In this document: positions 18,826 to 30,672 of the stretch, piece by piece
Numbering within the stretch: the first letter of the stretch is position 1
Layout: every line of letters begins with the position of its first letter
Source: an uncultured cyanobacterium
GTDB taxonomy: Bacteria > Cyanobacteriota > Cyanobacteriia > Cyanobacteriales > Microcystaceae
Reading direction: 5' to 3'
Length of the DNA: 64,000 nucleotides
Assembly: GCA_963807635.1 (NCBI GenBank)
Contig: CAWEDJ010000075.1
Location: 68,348-132,347 of the forward strand
The notes under the pieces: generated by a model
Database searches by the model: none
What the model was told of the DNA's origin: nothing
Seen by the model: the letters and a program-made list of their open reading frames with translations, nothing else
Position numbers and translations under genes: made by a program

Positions 18826-20912
18826 GTGGCACGTACGATCCCGCTAGAGCGAGTGCGTAATATCGGCATCGCCGCGCATATAGATGCGGGCAAGACAACA
18901 ACAACGGAACGAATCCTATTTTATTCAGGGGTAGTTCACAAAATCGGGGAAGTCCACGATGGTACGGCTGTTACCGACTGGATGGAACAGGAACGGGAAC
19001 GCGGTATTACGATCACTGCTGCTGCGATTAGCACCAGTTGGAAGGATCACCGCATTAATATTATTGATACTCCCGGTCACGTTGACTTCACCATTGAAGT
19101 TGAACGCTCCATGCGGGTATTGGACGGGGTGATTGCTGTCTTCTGTTCCGTTGGTGGTGTTCAGCCCCAATCTGAAACAGTTTGGCGACAAGCGGATCGT
19201 TACAAAGTGCCTCGGATTGCTTTCATTAATAAAATGGATCAGGACAGGGGCTAACTTTTATAAAGTTTATGAGCAAATGCGCGATCGCCTCAGAGCAAAT
19301 GCTGTTCCCATCCAACTTCCCATTGGTAGCGAAGGTGAATTTAAAGGCATTGTCGATTTAGTCGAACTGAAAGCCTATCATCTACGCAAATGATTTGGGG
19401 ACAGAAATCCAAGAAACCGCGATTCCCGAAGACCTAAAAGACTTGGTTGACGAATATCGAGTCAAATTGGTCGAAGCCGTCGCCGAAAGCGAAGATGTTC
19501 TCATGGAGAAATACCTAGAGGGCGAAGAACTCACCGAACGAAGAAATTAAAAAAGGTCTTCGAGGTCGGGACAATTACTGGTGCGATCGTGCCAGTCCTC
19601 TGTGGTTCTGCTTTCAAAAACAAAGGCGTACAGTTAATGCTGGATGCGGTGATCGACTATCTGCCTTCTCCGACAGAAGTTCCTGCTATTCAAGGGGTAA
19701 TTCCCAGATGGGGAAACCGAAGAACTGGAAAGCAGACGATGAAGCACCCATTGTCTGCCCTGGCCTTCAAGATTATGGCTGATCCCTACGGTCGTTTGAC
19801 CTTTGTTCGGGTTTATTCAGGGAGTTTTGAAAAAAGGCAGCTACGTCCTGAATTCAACCAAAAATAAAAAAGAGCGGATTTCCCGATTGATTATTCTCAA
19901 AGCGGATGATCGGATTGAAGTCGATGAGCTTCGTGCAGGAGATCTGGGGCAGTGCTGGGACTCAAAGATACCTTGACAGGGGATACCCTCTGTGATGAAA
20001 GTCGATCCCATCATCCTGGAATCCTTGTTCATTCCTGAACCCGTTATTTCGGTGGCAGTCGAACCCAAGACCAAAGCAGGACATGGAAAAGCTCTCCAAA
20101 GCTCTACAGGCACTTTCCGAAGAAGATCCCACCTTCCGCGTTAGACTTGACCCTGAAACCAATCAGACCGTCATTGCAGGCATGGGTGAACTCCACTTAG
20201 AAATTATGGTGGATCGGATGATGCGAGAATTTAAGGTAGAAGCGAACGTGGGTGCAGCCCCAAGTTGCCTACCGAGAAACTATCCGCAAGCCTGTTCAAA
20301 GCAGAAGGCAAATTTATTCGTCAAAGTGGTGGTAAAGGTCAATACGGTCATGTGGTGATTGAAGCTTGAGCCAGGAGAAGCCGGATCGGGATTTGTATTT
20401 GTCTCTAAAATTGTCGGCGGGATCGTTCCCAAAGAATATATCAGTCCTGCCGAACAAGGGATGAAAGAAGCTTGCGAAACGGGTATTATTAGCGGGTTAT
20501 CCAGTGATTGATCTTAAAGCGACTTTGGTGGATGGTTCTTTCCACGATGTAGACTCTTCCGAAATGGCTTTCAAAATTGCTGGATCGATGGCGATTCAAA
20601 ACTGCCGTCAAGAAGGCGACTCCCGTTCTCTTGAGCCGATGATGAAAGTTGAAGTTGAAGTCCCTGAAGACTTTATCGGTAATGTCATCGGCGATCTCAA
20701 CTCCCGTCGTGGTCAAATCGAAGGACAAGGAACGGAACAGGGATTAGCGAAGGTTTCTGCCAAAGTTCCCTGGCAGAAATGTTTGGTTATGCGACCGATA
20801 TTCGGTCTAAAACCCAAGGTCGGGGTATCTTCTCGATGGAGTTTAGCCATTATGAAGAAATTCCTCGCAATGTTGCTGAAGCGATCATCGCAAGAAGCAA
20901 AGGGAACGCTAA
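18826..20912 (+). CDS. fusA: Elongation factor G (multiple apparent frameshifts)
   Basis: [43 protein letters not shown] spread over several frames; str operon position. Confidence 0.95.
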
Positions 20913-21002
20913 TAGTCAAATTAGGATCGTTTTAGTTCATGAAATTCAATCAGTTGTGAACAGGTCTAAACTCCTAAACTAAGCGAAATACAAATTATAT
21001 TC

Positions 21003-22242
21003 ATGGCACGCGCAAAATTTGAACGGAAAAAACCCCACGTTAATATCGGTACCATTGGTCACGTTGACCACGGCAAAACAACCTTAACGGCTGCTATCAC
21101 CAATGTCTTTAGCAAAGAAGGTGATGGCAAGGCTCAGAAAGTATGATGAAATCGATGCCGCGCCTGAAGAAAAAGCCCGTGGTATCACCATCAATACAGC
21201 CCACGTTGAATATGAAACTGAAGATCGTCACTATGCTCACGTAGATTGCCCTGGTCACGCTGACTATGTGAAAAACATGATCACTGGTGCGGCTCAAATG
21301 GATGGAGCCATTTTGGTGGTTCGGCTGCAGATGGCCCCATGCCCCAAACCCGTGAGCATATTCTTTTGGCAAAACAGGTTGGTGTTCCTAGCCTAGTTGT
21401 TTTCCTGAATAAGTCCGACATGGTTGACGATGAAGAATTATTGGAACTGGTAGAACTAGAGGTTCGCGAACTTCTCACCGACTATGACTTCCCCGGTGAT
21501 GATATTCCTGTCATTCGCGGTTCAGGATTCAAGGCTTTAGAAGGTGATGCCGAAATGGGAAGAAACCAGTCGTCGAGATTGATGAAGGCGGTTGATGACT
21601 TATATTCCTACTCCTGAACGCGATGTGGATAAACCTTTCTTGATGGCGGTTGAAGACGTATTCTCGATCACTGGTCGGGGAACCGTCGCAACAGGTCGGA
21701 TTGAACGCGGAAAGATCAAGGTCGGCGAAAACGTTGAATTGGTCGGCATTAAGAATACTCGTAGCACCACTGTTACTGGTATCGAAATGTTCCAAAAATC
21801 CTTAGAAGAAGGGATGGCTGGAGATAATGCGGGTCTGCTCCTTCGTGGTATTCAGAAAGAAGATATTGAACGGGGCATGGTTATTGCTAAACCTGGTTCG
21901 ATTACCCCTCATACTCAGTTTGAAGGCGAAGTTTATGTCCTCAAGAAAGAAGAAGGTGGCCGTCATACCCCTTTCTTTGCCAACTATCGTCCCCAATTTT
22001 ATGTGCGGACAACCGATGTAACAGGAACAATCCAGAGTTACACGGCTGATGATGGAAGCGCAGTAGAAATGGTGATGCCTGGCGATCGCATTAAAATGAC
22101 CGTCGAACTGATCAATCCGATCGCGATCGAACAGGGAATGCGCTTTGCTATCCGTGAAGGTGGACGAACCATCGGTGCGGGTGTCGTTTCCAAAATTCTG
22201 GAAGATGCCAAGGTTGATCCCAAGGCAGCTAAGAAAAAATAA
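21003..22242 (+). CDS. tufA: Elongation factor Tu (apparent frameshifts 21100-21600)
   Basis: [35 protein letters not shown] motifs. Confidence 0.97.
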
Positions 22243-22395
22243 TGCTGAGCTAGGATTCAGTGATCAAGCAATGGTTTTAGGAAAAAAATTGAGTTTATCT
22301 GTTTGATTTCCTGTAAACTAAGAACTTGGTCACTGATTACTGCTGACCGACAATTAAACAATTCTGAACCTTGAAAACTTAAGAAGTTTAAGATT

Positions 22396-22713
22396 ATGGC
22401 AACTCTCCAACAACAAAAAATTCGTATTCGTTTGAAAGCTTTTGACCGTCGTTTATTGGATACATCTTGCGACAAAATTGTAGAAACCGCCAATCGAACA
22501 AATGCGACGGCGATTGGCCCCATTCCCTTACCCACTAAACGTAAAATTTATTGTTTATTGCGGTCTCCCCACGTTGATAAGGATGCACGGGAGCATTTTG
22601 AAACCCGTACCCATCGCCGCATTATTGATATTTATCAACCCTCTTCTAAGACGATTGATGCTTTGATGAAATTAGATTTACCTGCTGGTGTTGATATTGA
22701 AGTAAAACTTTAG
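22396..22713 (+). CDS. rpsJ: 30S ribosomal protein S10
   Basis: [24 protein letters not shown] motifs. Confidence 0.99.
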   Translation: MATLQQQKIRIRLKAFDRRLLDTSCDKIVETANRTNATAIGPIPLPTKRKIYCLLRSPHVDKDAREHFETRTHRRIIDIYQPSSKTIDALMKLDLPAGVDIEVKL

Positions 22714-22743
22714 TATTGAGATAGAATTAATCTGTTATGGATT

Positions 22744-22767
22744 CCCCGCTAATATGGTGGGGTTTTT
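22744..22767 (+). terminator. Rho-independent terminator after rpsJ
   Basis: CCCCGC-loop-GTGGGG followed by TTTTT. Confidence 0.7.
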
Positions 22768-22943
22768 GATTTTATAATGTTTGTCATAAGTCCTTTGTCG
22801 CTGTGTGTTTTAGATGATTACTTAGAGAGAAAAAGTTTGAAAATAGTTGAACATTGCTGAAAAGAAATAAGGTAAGAATAAAAAAATAATCATAGCATCA
22901 AGCAATATTTACAACACTATATCGTTAACGATTAAACAGAACC

Positions 22944-24782
22944 ATGTCAACCTTGGTCAATTCTCTACCGAATCTTGAAACCTATTTAAAATATTTCTTT
23001 GGCTATGACCAATTCCGTCCTGAACAGCGCAAAATTATTGAGAATGCCCTGGCAGATCGGGATTTATTAGTCATCATGCCAACGGGAGGCGGAAAGTCCC
23101 TTTGCTTTCAATTACCAGCATTACTGAAACCTGGATTAATGATTGTTATTTCCCCTTTAATTGCGTTGATGCAAGACCAGGTAGATGCTCTCCAAGATAA
23201 TGGCATTGGAGCGACCTATTTAAACAGTAGTTTAAGTTTTTTAGAAGTTCAAGAACGAGAAAAGCAGATTTTTGAGAATAAAATTAGTTACTTTATGTTG
23301 CTCCCGAACGGTTATTAGGCGATCGCTTTCAAGATTTTTTCCATCGTCTGATTACCCAGATAGGCGTTTCGGCCTTTGCCATTGATGAAGCCCATTGTGT
23401 TTCCGAATGGGGCCATGAGTTTCCGTCCTGATATTCGCCAATTGAGCCAACTACGCCAACAATATCCCCAAATTCCTATCTTTGCTTTTACGGCGACCGC
23501 CACAAAACGAGTCCAGAAAGATATTATTGACCAATTAAAATTATATAAACCCAGTGTCCACCTCACCAGCTTTAATCGACCCAATCTTTATTACGAAATT
23601 ATCCCCAAAGAAAAAAGAAGCTATGAGCAATTACTTAAATTTATTAAAACCCTAAAAGGTTCAGGTATTATTTATTGTATGAGTCGTAAAATGGTCGATG
23701 AGATTAGCGATCACTTACAAGAAGATGGCATCAAAGCGTTACCCTATCATGCGGGCATGGGAGATAAAAATAGGAGAATAAATCAGACTCAATTTATTCG
23801 AGATGAAGTCAGAATTATCGTTGCAACGGTAGCCTTTGGCATGGGAATTAATAAACCCGATGTCCGCTTTGTCATTCATTATGATTTACCCCGCAATCTC
23901 GAAAGTTATTACCAAGAATCAGGGCGGGCAGGACGAGATAATGAACCCGCTAAATGCTTACTCTTTTTTAGTTTTGGGGACTTGAAAAAAATCGAATATA
24001 TTATTCAACAAAAAGCTCCCTCAGAACAACAAAAGTCTCGTCAGCAATTACGACAAATTGTCGATTATTCAGAAGGATTAGCCTGTCGGCGAACGATTGT
24101 TTTACGCTATTTTGGAGAAGATTTTCCAGGAAACTGTGGAAATTGTGATAATTGTTGCTACCCTAGACCCCTAGAAGATTGGACAATTGAAACCCAGAAA
24201 TTTCTCTCCTGTGTTGCCCGTTGCAAAGAAAGATTTGGCATGATGCACATTATTGATGTCTTGCGAGGTTCCCGTAAGCAAAAAATTGAACAGTATCAAC
24301 ATCATTTATTATCTACCTATGGTATTGGGAAAGATCGAACTTTAGATGAGTGGAAACAATTAGGGGTATTTCTGATTCATCAAGGCTTTTTGGATGAAAC
24401 AACTGATGGTTATTCTATTTTAAAACTCAATGCCTATAGCTGGGAAATACTACGAAAACAGCGTAATGTTACCCTTGCAGTCAAGTTTAAAGTTAAAGAA
24501 AAAACAGATACGAGAGATAATCCTAGAGCTAGGGATGCAGAATTATTATTTGAATCTTTAAGGAGCCTCAGACGACGGATTGCCAAGAGCCAGGGTATTG
24601 CTCCCTATGTTGTTTTTGGGGATTCTAGTTTAAAATTAATGAGCCAATCAAAACCCACGACCCTAGAAGAATTTGCGTCAATTTCTGGAGTAGGTCGTTA
24701 TAAATTACAGCAATATGGTGAGCAGTTCGTCAAAGAAATTTGTACTTTTTGTCAACAGGATGATGATAGTCTTTCGTTTTAA
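22944..24782 (+). CDS. recQ: DNA helicase RecQ (frameshifts about 23285-23420)
   Basis: MPTGGGKSLCFQLP, YYQESGRAGRD, Zn-binding CGNCDNC, RQC and HRDC domains. Confidence 0.93.
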
Positions 24783-24883
24783 TTTTAACTTCACTTTTTT
24801 AAGCAGTTTTAACGATATCTTTAGATTGCGAAAAGAACAGAAATCAGTTATTGTACCCATACAATCAGTAATATTAAAAAGAA

Positions 24884-25590
24884 ATGACAACTAAGACGAT
24901 CGCCTATACCCCAGATTATTTTCAGAGCTTGGCTTTTGACACGGATTACCAGACCCTGGCTTCCTATATTGTAGAAATTTATCACCCCAAAACAGTGGTG
25001 GAATTCGGTTGCAGGCAGGACACCTCAGCCGAGAATTGGCCAAATTAGGAGTAGAGGTGACAGCCGTTGATGGTTTTTCCCGTCCCGATTTTACAGATCT
25101 GTCGGTAGAATTCTCTCCCCTCGATCTGAATAATCCCGACGCGATCGCCGCTTTTTTGGCAGATAAACGGTTTGATCTCGCGGTTTCTTTGGAAGTGGCA
25201 GAACATTTACAGCCCGAAAGCTCCCCGACCTTAGTTCAATGGCTCACCCAAGTTGCTCCTGTTGTCGTCTTCTCTGCCGCCGTCCCCTGTCAAGATGGTC
25301 ATGGACACATTAATCTGCAACCCCGTGACTATTGGCACAAACTCTTTACCCAAGCTAATTTTCTCATCGGCGATCGCATTCGTGAAAAATTACGCGCCCA
25401 CCCCAGCGTAGCTCCCTGGTATCGCTACAATGTTTTGGACTATGTTCATGCGAGCCATCCCCAAGCCCCCTCACTTACCGAAGTCATTGATCGGCTGATC
25501 GCTTCTGAATCTGCGGCGGCAACAGGTTATTACGATGAATCTAGAAAACTTTATCTTTTAGAACAAAAGACAGGAATTACCAACTCATAA
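24884..25590 (+). CDS. Class I SAM-dependent methyltransferase (frameshift near 25012)
   Basis: ATG 24884 MTTKTIAYTPDYF...VVEFGC, then GHLSRE...FDLAVSLEVAEHL, FSAAVP. Confidence 0.8.
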
Positions 25591-25653
25591 CTGCTTAAAG
25601 TCCCAATTCGGCAGAAAAGATAAAGAAGAAGATCGTTTTAGATGTTACCCAAA

Positions 25654-26880
25654 TTATTCATCAGGAAGATTTAAGGGACTATCACTATCCCTGGTCGTTC
25701 TTATCCAATTTTTTTCAGGATTAACTAAAAAACCTAAATAAATAGGGATTTTCCATAATAAATAAAAAGGAACAGATAAGAGCGCGAGTCCAGAAATAAT
25801 TTTACGGCCAAATTTTATCCAGGCAAAGAAAATCGCCAAGAAAATCATTGCCCCCATAATGGTAAAAAGCATCACTGCAAATGAGCCTGTTCCCAATAAA
25901 CTGACCAAAATAGCCCCCGTCATTCCCAATCCCCAAAAAATTACCAGCAGAGATAGGGGAGGAACCGACAACTCCAAAGCTAAAGCCAACAATTCCCACC
26001 GTCTAAATTGAATTGCACTCCGAAGTAAATAGGGAACTTGGGTAAGGAGTATTTGCAGATTGCCATGCTCCCATCGAGTTCTTTGCACCGTTGCAACGCT
26101 CTGCTCCTTGGGTAATCGTCCCGTCACTTGAATCTGGGGACAAAAAATCGGTGGATAACCCGCTAAGGTCAGATCAATTCCCAATTGCAGATCTTCTACG
26201 ATATTTCCACTGGCTAAGGACACACTTTTAATCGCCTTCCAGGGAAACGCCATCCCCGTACCATTTAACAAACTGGGTAATCCGAGTTTCATCAATCCTG
26301 TAGAGCGGACAACGTTTTTAACCAAAAAAGCCAACGCTGAAATTAAATCCTTCGTACTGGGGTTTTTAGGGGATTCCATTAAGTAGGCGGCTTGGACGGG
26401 ACGATTGGTTTTCTTAGAAATAGCTGCCAAAGTTTGTAAACAATCTGCTTGGCCAGAGCAATCTGCATCAATAATAATAAGGACATCGGGCGGATTGGAT
26501 TCTAGAAAACTGAGGCCATAGTCCAAGGCATAGCCTTTGCCCCGCTTCTCTGGGTTGTTCCGTTCAATAACCATCGCTCCATACTGTTGAGCAACTAGAG
26601 CCGTATTATCAGTACAATTATCCGCAATAACGATCAAACGGTCATTATTTTGGAGTTGGGGGATCAAGTTTTCTAGGGTTATGCCAATTTCGGCCGCTTC
26701 ATTATGAGCAGGGATAAGCACAGCAAGCTTGATCCGCTCAATCTGACCCAAATTCTGCTGGGGACGATGGGGAAAAAGGGCGGCCAGACATTCCACGAAC
26801 AAAACCGTAACAGGTACAAACAACAGGTAACCAATTACAATAAGTAGAAAGGAAGAGAAAGAAACAAATAGACTAATCAA
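25654..26880 (-). CDS. Glycosyltransferase family 2, membrane-bound
   Basis: LIPAHNE, ADNCTD, GKGYAL, DAD, ED, QRTRW motifs. Confidence 0.9.
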   Translation of the reverse strand: MISLFVSFSSFLLIVIGYLLFVPVTVLFVECLAALFPHRPQQNLGQIERIKLAVLIPAHNEAAEIGITLENLIPQLQNNDRLIVIADNCTDNTALVAQQYGAMVIERNNPEKRGKGYALDYGLSFLESNPPDVLIIIDADCSGQADCLQTLAAISKKTNRPVQAAYLMESPKNPSTKDLISALAFLVKNVVRSTGLMKLGLPSLLNGTGMAFPWKAIKSVSLASGNIVEDLQLGIDLTLAGYPPIFCPQIQVTGRLPKEQSVATVQRTRWEHGNLQILLTQVPYLLRSAIQFRRWELLALALELSVPPLSLLVIFWGLGMTGAILVSLLGTGSFAVMLFTIMGAMIFLAIFFAWIKFGRKIISGLALLSVPFYLLWKIPIYLGFLVNPEKNWIRTTRDSDSPLNLPDE

Positions 26881-27406
26881 TAGCTTTACAGAAAATGTAG
26901 ATATTTAGTCATATCAAACAGTCCTTGAGATGGATAGGGCATGGAAAGAGACCACTTTAATCCTCAAAATGGCTACCCACTCTTTTGATAAAATTGGTAT
27001 TATCCTCTGTTTGATTGAGACCGTTCACTTTGGCAAAATACTGAAGAACCATCGCTACTGATTGTAGCCTATCGCTTCTATGAGATCTAGCAATGTTAAT
27101 GTCAAGATTTATTTTTAAGCCAGTGCTACTTCTAAAATTTTGCGGCTAATTTCCTGGGGAACGCTTTCTTGCTCTTCTATCCTGTTTACTCTATTCCTTG
27201 ATAGATCGGAATTCGCGATCGCTGAAAGTTTGTGAATTTATGAATACTGGAGTCTGTACAGTTTTGTCAATGATAAACAAACATCAAATAAAGTCCAGTC
27301 AAAAAAGAGATTAGGGCCAAGGGGAAAGGTTGTCTAAGGTCTTATTTTGAATGTATAAAATGACTAGCGATTCCAAACTAAATCTTAGTCACACTAGCTT
27401 TTAATA

Positions 27407-27772
27407 TTAATTTAACTGTAATTGACGTAAATCGTTAGATTTTTGGGCAGATTGGCCCACTTTGGTTAAAATAGGCTCTTTGAGTAGATTAGCCAATTCT
27501 TGTAATTGGCTGATGGCTTCTGCGCCTTCTAACTTCATTAACTCTCGGTCATCCCGCATTTCTGTCCAAGTGATCCCGTAATCAGACACCAAAAAGCGAA
27601 TGAGATGATTCTCTCCCAAGCTCACCATAAACGATGCGCTATTCATCTGTCCGCCGCAGGTGTAGCAAGATGCCAAATAATTCCTATTTTCCAAAACAAT
27701 CGCCAAAGCCTGTAAATTCATCACCAAGTCTTGAACGAAGTCTTTATGTTGTTGCGCGAGTCGTGTAAACAC
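27407..27772 (-). CDS. DUF1815 family protein
   Basis: ASCYTCG..SASFMVSLGENHLIRFLVSDYGITWTE. Confidence 0.85.
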   Translation of the reverse strand: MFTRLAQQHKDFVQDLVMNLQALAIVLENRNYLASCYTCGGQMNSASFMVSLGENHLIRFLVSDYGITWTEMRDDRELMKLEGAEAISQLQELANLLKEPILTKVGQSAQKSNDLRQLQLN

Positions 27773-28286
27773 GGTGCCTCCTAGTTAGTAATACTTAGAT
27801 AAAATCTTAATACTTTTTTAAGATTCCGTCTCAGTCAGTATGATAATTCATTTTTGTAATCTGGTGTCAACCCTGGTACTTTTTCTTTTCCTCCTTGCTC
27901 ACAGTAGCTCACTTCCGAGAAAAATTCTCGTATTGAGGGTTACTTATTGACCGAGTTGTGATGAACTCCTGAAATTTGAGTTTTTTGGGCGATCGCCGTT
28001 TCAGATCCTCGAAACCTTATTAAACCGTAACAACTCAATCATTCCCAGAGTAGAGTCGATAATTACCATTGAGTTCGTAATTGCCATTAATAATAGAAAA
28101 TCGTCCACTGCTTGAGCAGTAAGCATTTGAACTCAGTCAAAAGACGTTTCCCCTGCAATTTAACTCTATTCTTTGGATATAGGCTCCTGATTCTAATCCT
28201 AATTCAATTGTTCCATGACAGCATTTTTTATGAAGACGATGTTACCGTAATGGGACAGAATCAATAACTTGGGAGTTATCTGGGTG

Positions 28287-28739
28287 ATGGACACTGAACT
28301 AATTTTTAATATTGCGAATCTTTTTGTCCTGCCATTTTGGGCATTAATGATTGTGTTACCCAATTGGGGCGTAACGAAAAAGGTGATGGATTCCCTGCTA
28401 CCTTTTGCCCTGTTGGCCAGCGTTTACCTCTATTTATTCGTGACGGCCATTACTCCCGAATCTGCCGAAGCCCTTGCTAGTCCTAAGTTAGCCGATATTG
28501 CGAGAGCTTTTGCCGATCAAAACGTGATGGCGACGGGTTGGGTACATTATCTGGTGATGGATTTATTTGTGGGACGTTGGATCTATCAACAGGGTCAAAA
28601 AACGGCGGTCTGGACAATCCATTCTTTGATTTTGTGTCTCTTTGCGGGGCCGTTGGGTTTGTTGTCCCATATTCTGACAACGGTGATCCGCGATCGCTTT
28701 TTCGCGAAAGAACCAGCCGATATTGCAACCCAGAGTTAA
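28287..28739 (+). CDS. ABA4-like (DUF4281) membrane protein
   Basis: VLPFWALMI...WVHYLVMDLFVGRWI...GPLGLLSH. Confidence 0.88.
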   Translation: MDTELIFNIANLFVLPFWALMIVLPNWGVTKKVMDSLLPFALLASVYLYLFVTAITPESAEALASPKLADIARAFADQNVMATGWVHYLVMDLFVGRWIYQQGQKTAVWTIHSLILCLFAGPLGLLSHILTTVIRDRFFAKEPADIATQS

Positions 28740-28748
28740 AAATTGGGA

Positions 28749-29912
28749 TCAGGTCAGTCGTTGAAAGGTTAATTTTTGGCTCACTTGATCTCCATACCAA
28801 CGCAGTAAACTCGCCTCCTGTCCCACTCCTAAACCTTTTAAGGCGATCGCCTGTCGAGGAGAGTCTGTGGCTAGGGCGATCGCGGATTCGGGAGAAGCAA
28901 TTCCCCAGTCTAATAAATTATTAACCCCAGCCAGTAGAGGTAGAGTTGTCCCTGAAAGCGTACCATCGGATAAACGGGCTGTACCTTGACTGACTTCGAT
29001 TTGTCGCTCATCCCAGGGATAAATGCCATCGGCTAACCCCATCGGAGCTAGGGCATCGCTGACCAGAAACGCCCCTTTTTCGGCATAACTAGCCCTCAAT
29101 AAAATATCTAACATTGAGGGGGAAACGTGCTGACCATCGGCAATAAAACCGCAATAAACTTGGGGATTGCGAATGGCCGCCGCGAGTAATCCAGGCTGTC
29201 GGTGGTGCAGGGGAGGCATGGCATTAAAGGCATGGGTAATCATGGAAGCCCCTAATGCAAAGGCATTTTCAGCTTCGGATTCAGTGGCTTGGGAATGGCC
29301 CAGGCTTACGATAATGCCCAGGGATTTGAGGTAAGGAATAATGGTATTACTAGGGTCTAATTCGGGCGCAAGGGTAATAATTTTGATTAATTCGGGATTT
29401 TTTCCTAAAACCTGATTCACGTTTTCCCAAGTCGGTTTGAGTAAATACTGGGCGGGATGCGCTCCTCGTTTTTCCAAATTCAAAAAAGGCCCTTCCAGGT
29501 GGACTCCCAAAATCTTGGCCGTTGGTTCAGTAAAGGATTTCTGAGCCGTTAAAAAAGTTTCAATCACCGACAGCGATCGCTGAATATTTTCAATAGAAGT
29601 CGTAATCAGCGTCGGTAAATAGGCATCTACTCCCTCTTGCCAGAGAAATTGACCAATTTTTTCCAATAACGGAAGATGGTGATAGTCCAGGTCAGGAAAA
29701 GCTAGTCCTAAACCACCATTAATCTGTAAATCTACCCCGCCCAAGGAGAGCCAATCGCCCTGCACATCAAGGATTTTATCGGACTGCTGAGAAAATTCGG
29801 TTTCAGATTGGGGAATAATTGCTTCGATTCTTCCTTGGTTATTAATCTGGAGTTGTTGTAGGTTGATATAACCTGGTAAGTGAGCATTAATAATTTGGAT
29901 ATTGGTGAGCAT
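28749..29912 (-). CDS. nagA: N-acetylglucosamine-6-phosphate deacetylase
   Basis: DLQING, HLEGPF, GAH, LGHS, THAFNAM, ADGQHV motifs. Confidence 0.93.
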   Translation of the reverse strand: MLTNIQIINAHLPGYINLQQLQINNQGRIEAIIPQSETEFSQQSDKILDVQGDWLSLGGVDLQINGGLGLAFPDLDYHHLPLLEKIGQFLWQEGVDAYLPTLITTSIENIQRSLSVIETFLTAQKSFTEPTAKILGVHLEGPFLNLEKRGAHPAQYLLKPTWENVNQVLGKNPELIKIITLAPELDPSNTIIPYLKSLGIIVSLGHSQATESEAENAFALGASMITHAFNAMPPLHHRQPGLLAAAIRNPQVYCGFIADGQHVSPSMLDILLRASYAEKGAFLVSDALAPMGLADGIYPWDERQIEVSQGTARLSDGTLSGTTLPLLAGVNNLLDWGIASPESAIALATDSPRQAIALKGLGVGQEASLLRWYGDQVSQKLTFQRLT

Positions 29913-29951
29913 GGGTTGATCATTTGGCTTTTTAACTAGTGCCAACTTCAG

Positions 29952-30572
29952 CTAAAGTATATTATTTTGAAAGACTTGGTTGACTGTGAGATTTAAGTCT
30001 GGAAAAGTTTGGGAAATAAGGCGATCGCCATTTTGAAACTTACTAATTTGATACTCGCCCTCTACTAAATTACAAATAGAAATCGTCGGTTGTTTGGGAT
30101 TTCCAATAAAGTTACGTCCGCCCAAAGCCGCATAATCCACAATCCAATATTCCAGAATTCCCATTTCCTCATAATCAGCAAATTTTGAGTAGTAATCATC
30201 CCGCCAATTCGTAGAAACAACTTCAATGACTAAAGGAATGGATGCGCCACTACTCAGAATAGATTCTTTCTTCCATCGAGATTCATTAGGCAAATTAGCG
30301 CGATTCATTATTAAAACATCGGGAAAATAACCAGAATCTTTGTCATCAGGTCTTACGATCACTTGATTCGGAATACCATAGGACAATCCGAGTCGTTTGA
30401 TTTCAAAGGAAATTTCGACATTCAAAAATCCTTTAATTTCTTCGTGTTCACCGACAAGTTGGGCCATTTCAACAATATTTCCACGATGGAGTTCATAACG
30501 CACGTCAGAATTTTCAGGGAGCCAATCAATAAATTCCTGAAAAGTCGTAATTTTGGGTAAGGTTTGGAGCAT
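29952..30572 (-). CDS. Uma2 (DUF820) family endonuclease
   Basis: PDV...PLVIEVVSTNWRDDY..K..YEEMGILEYWIVD. Confidence 0.9.
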   Translation of the reverse strand: MLQTLPKITTFQEFIDWLPENSDVRYELHRGNIVEMAQLVGEHEEIKGFLNVEISFEIKRLGLSYGIPNQVIVRPDDKDSGYFPDVLIMNRANLPNESRWKKESILSSGASIPLVIEVVSTNWRDDYYSKFADYEEMGILEYWIVDYAALGGRNFIGNPKQPTISICNLVEGEYQISKFQNGDRLISQTFPDLNLTVNQVFQNNIL

Positions 30573-30672
30573 AACTTTATAATTTACTGATAATAAAATA
30601 TTACCTGCTATTTTAACTTAATCAGAATTTTTACAAGTATTTAGTCGCAGAAAACGCGATCGCCTTCCACTA

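Noticed and set aside
20910..20982. Apparent C-terminal extension of EF-G (NSQIRIVLV...)
   Set aside because: One missing base at GGGAACGCT-AA would restore the usual KGNA-stop, and the region is error-rich.
26881..28268. Long intergenic regions flanking DUF1815 as ncRNA or riboswitch loci
   Set aside because: No recognisable conserved structure or terminator by eye; would need an Rfam search or RNA-seq.
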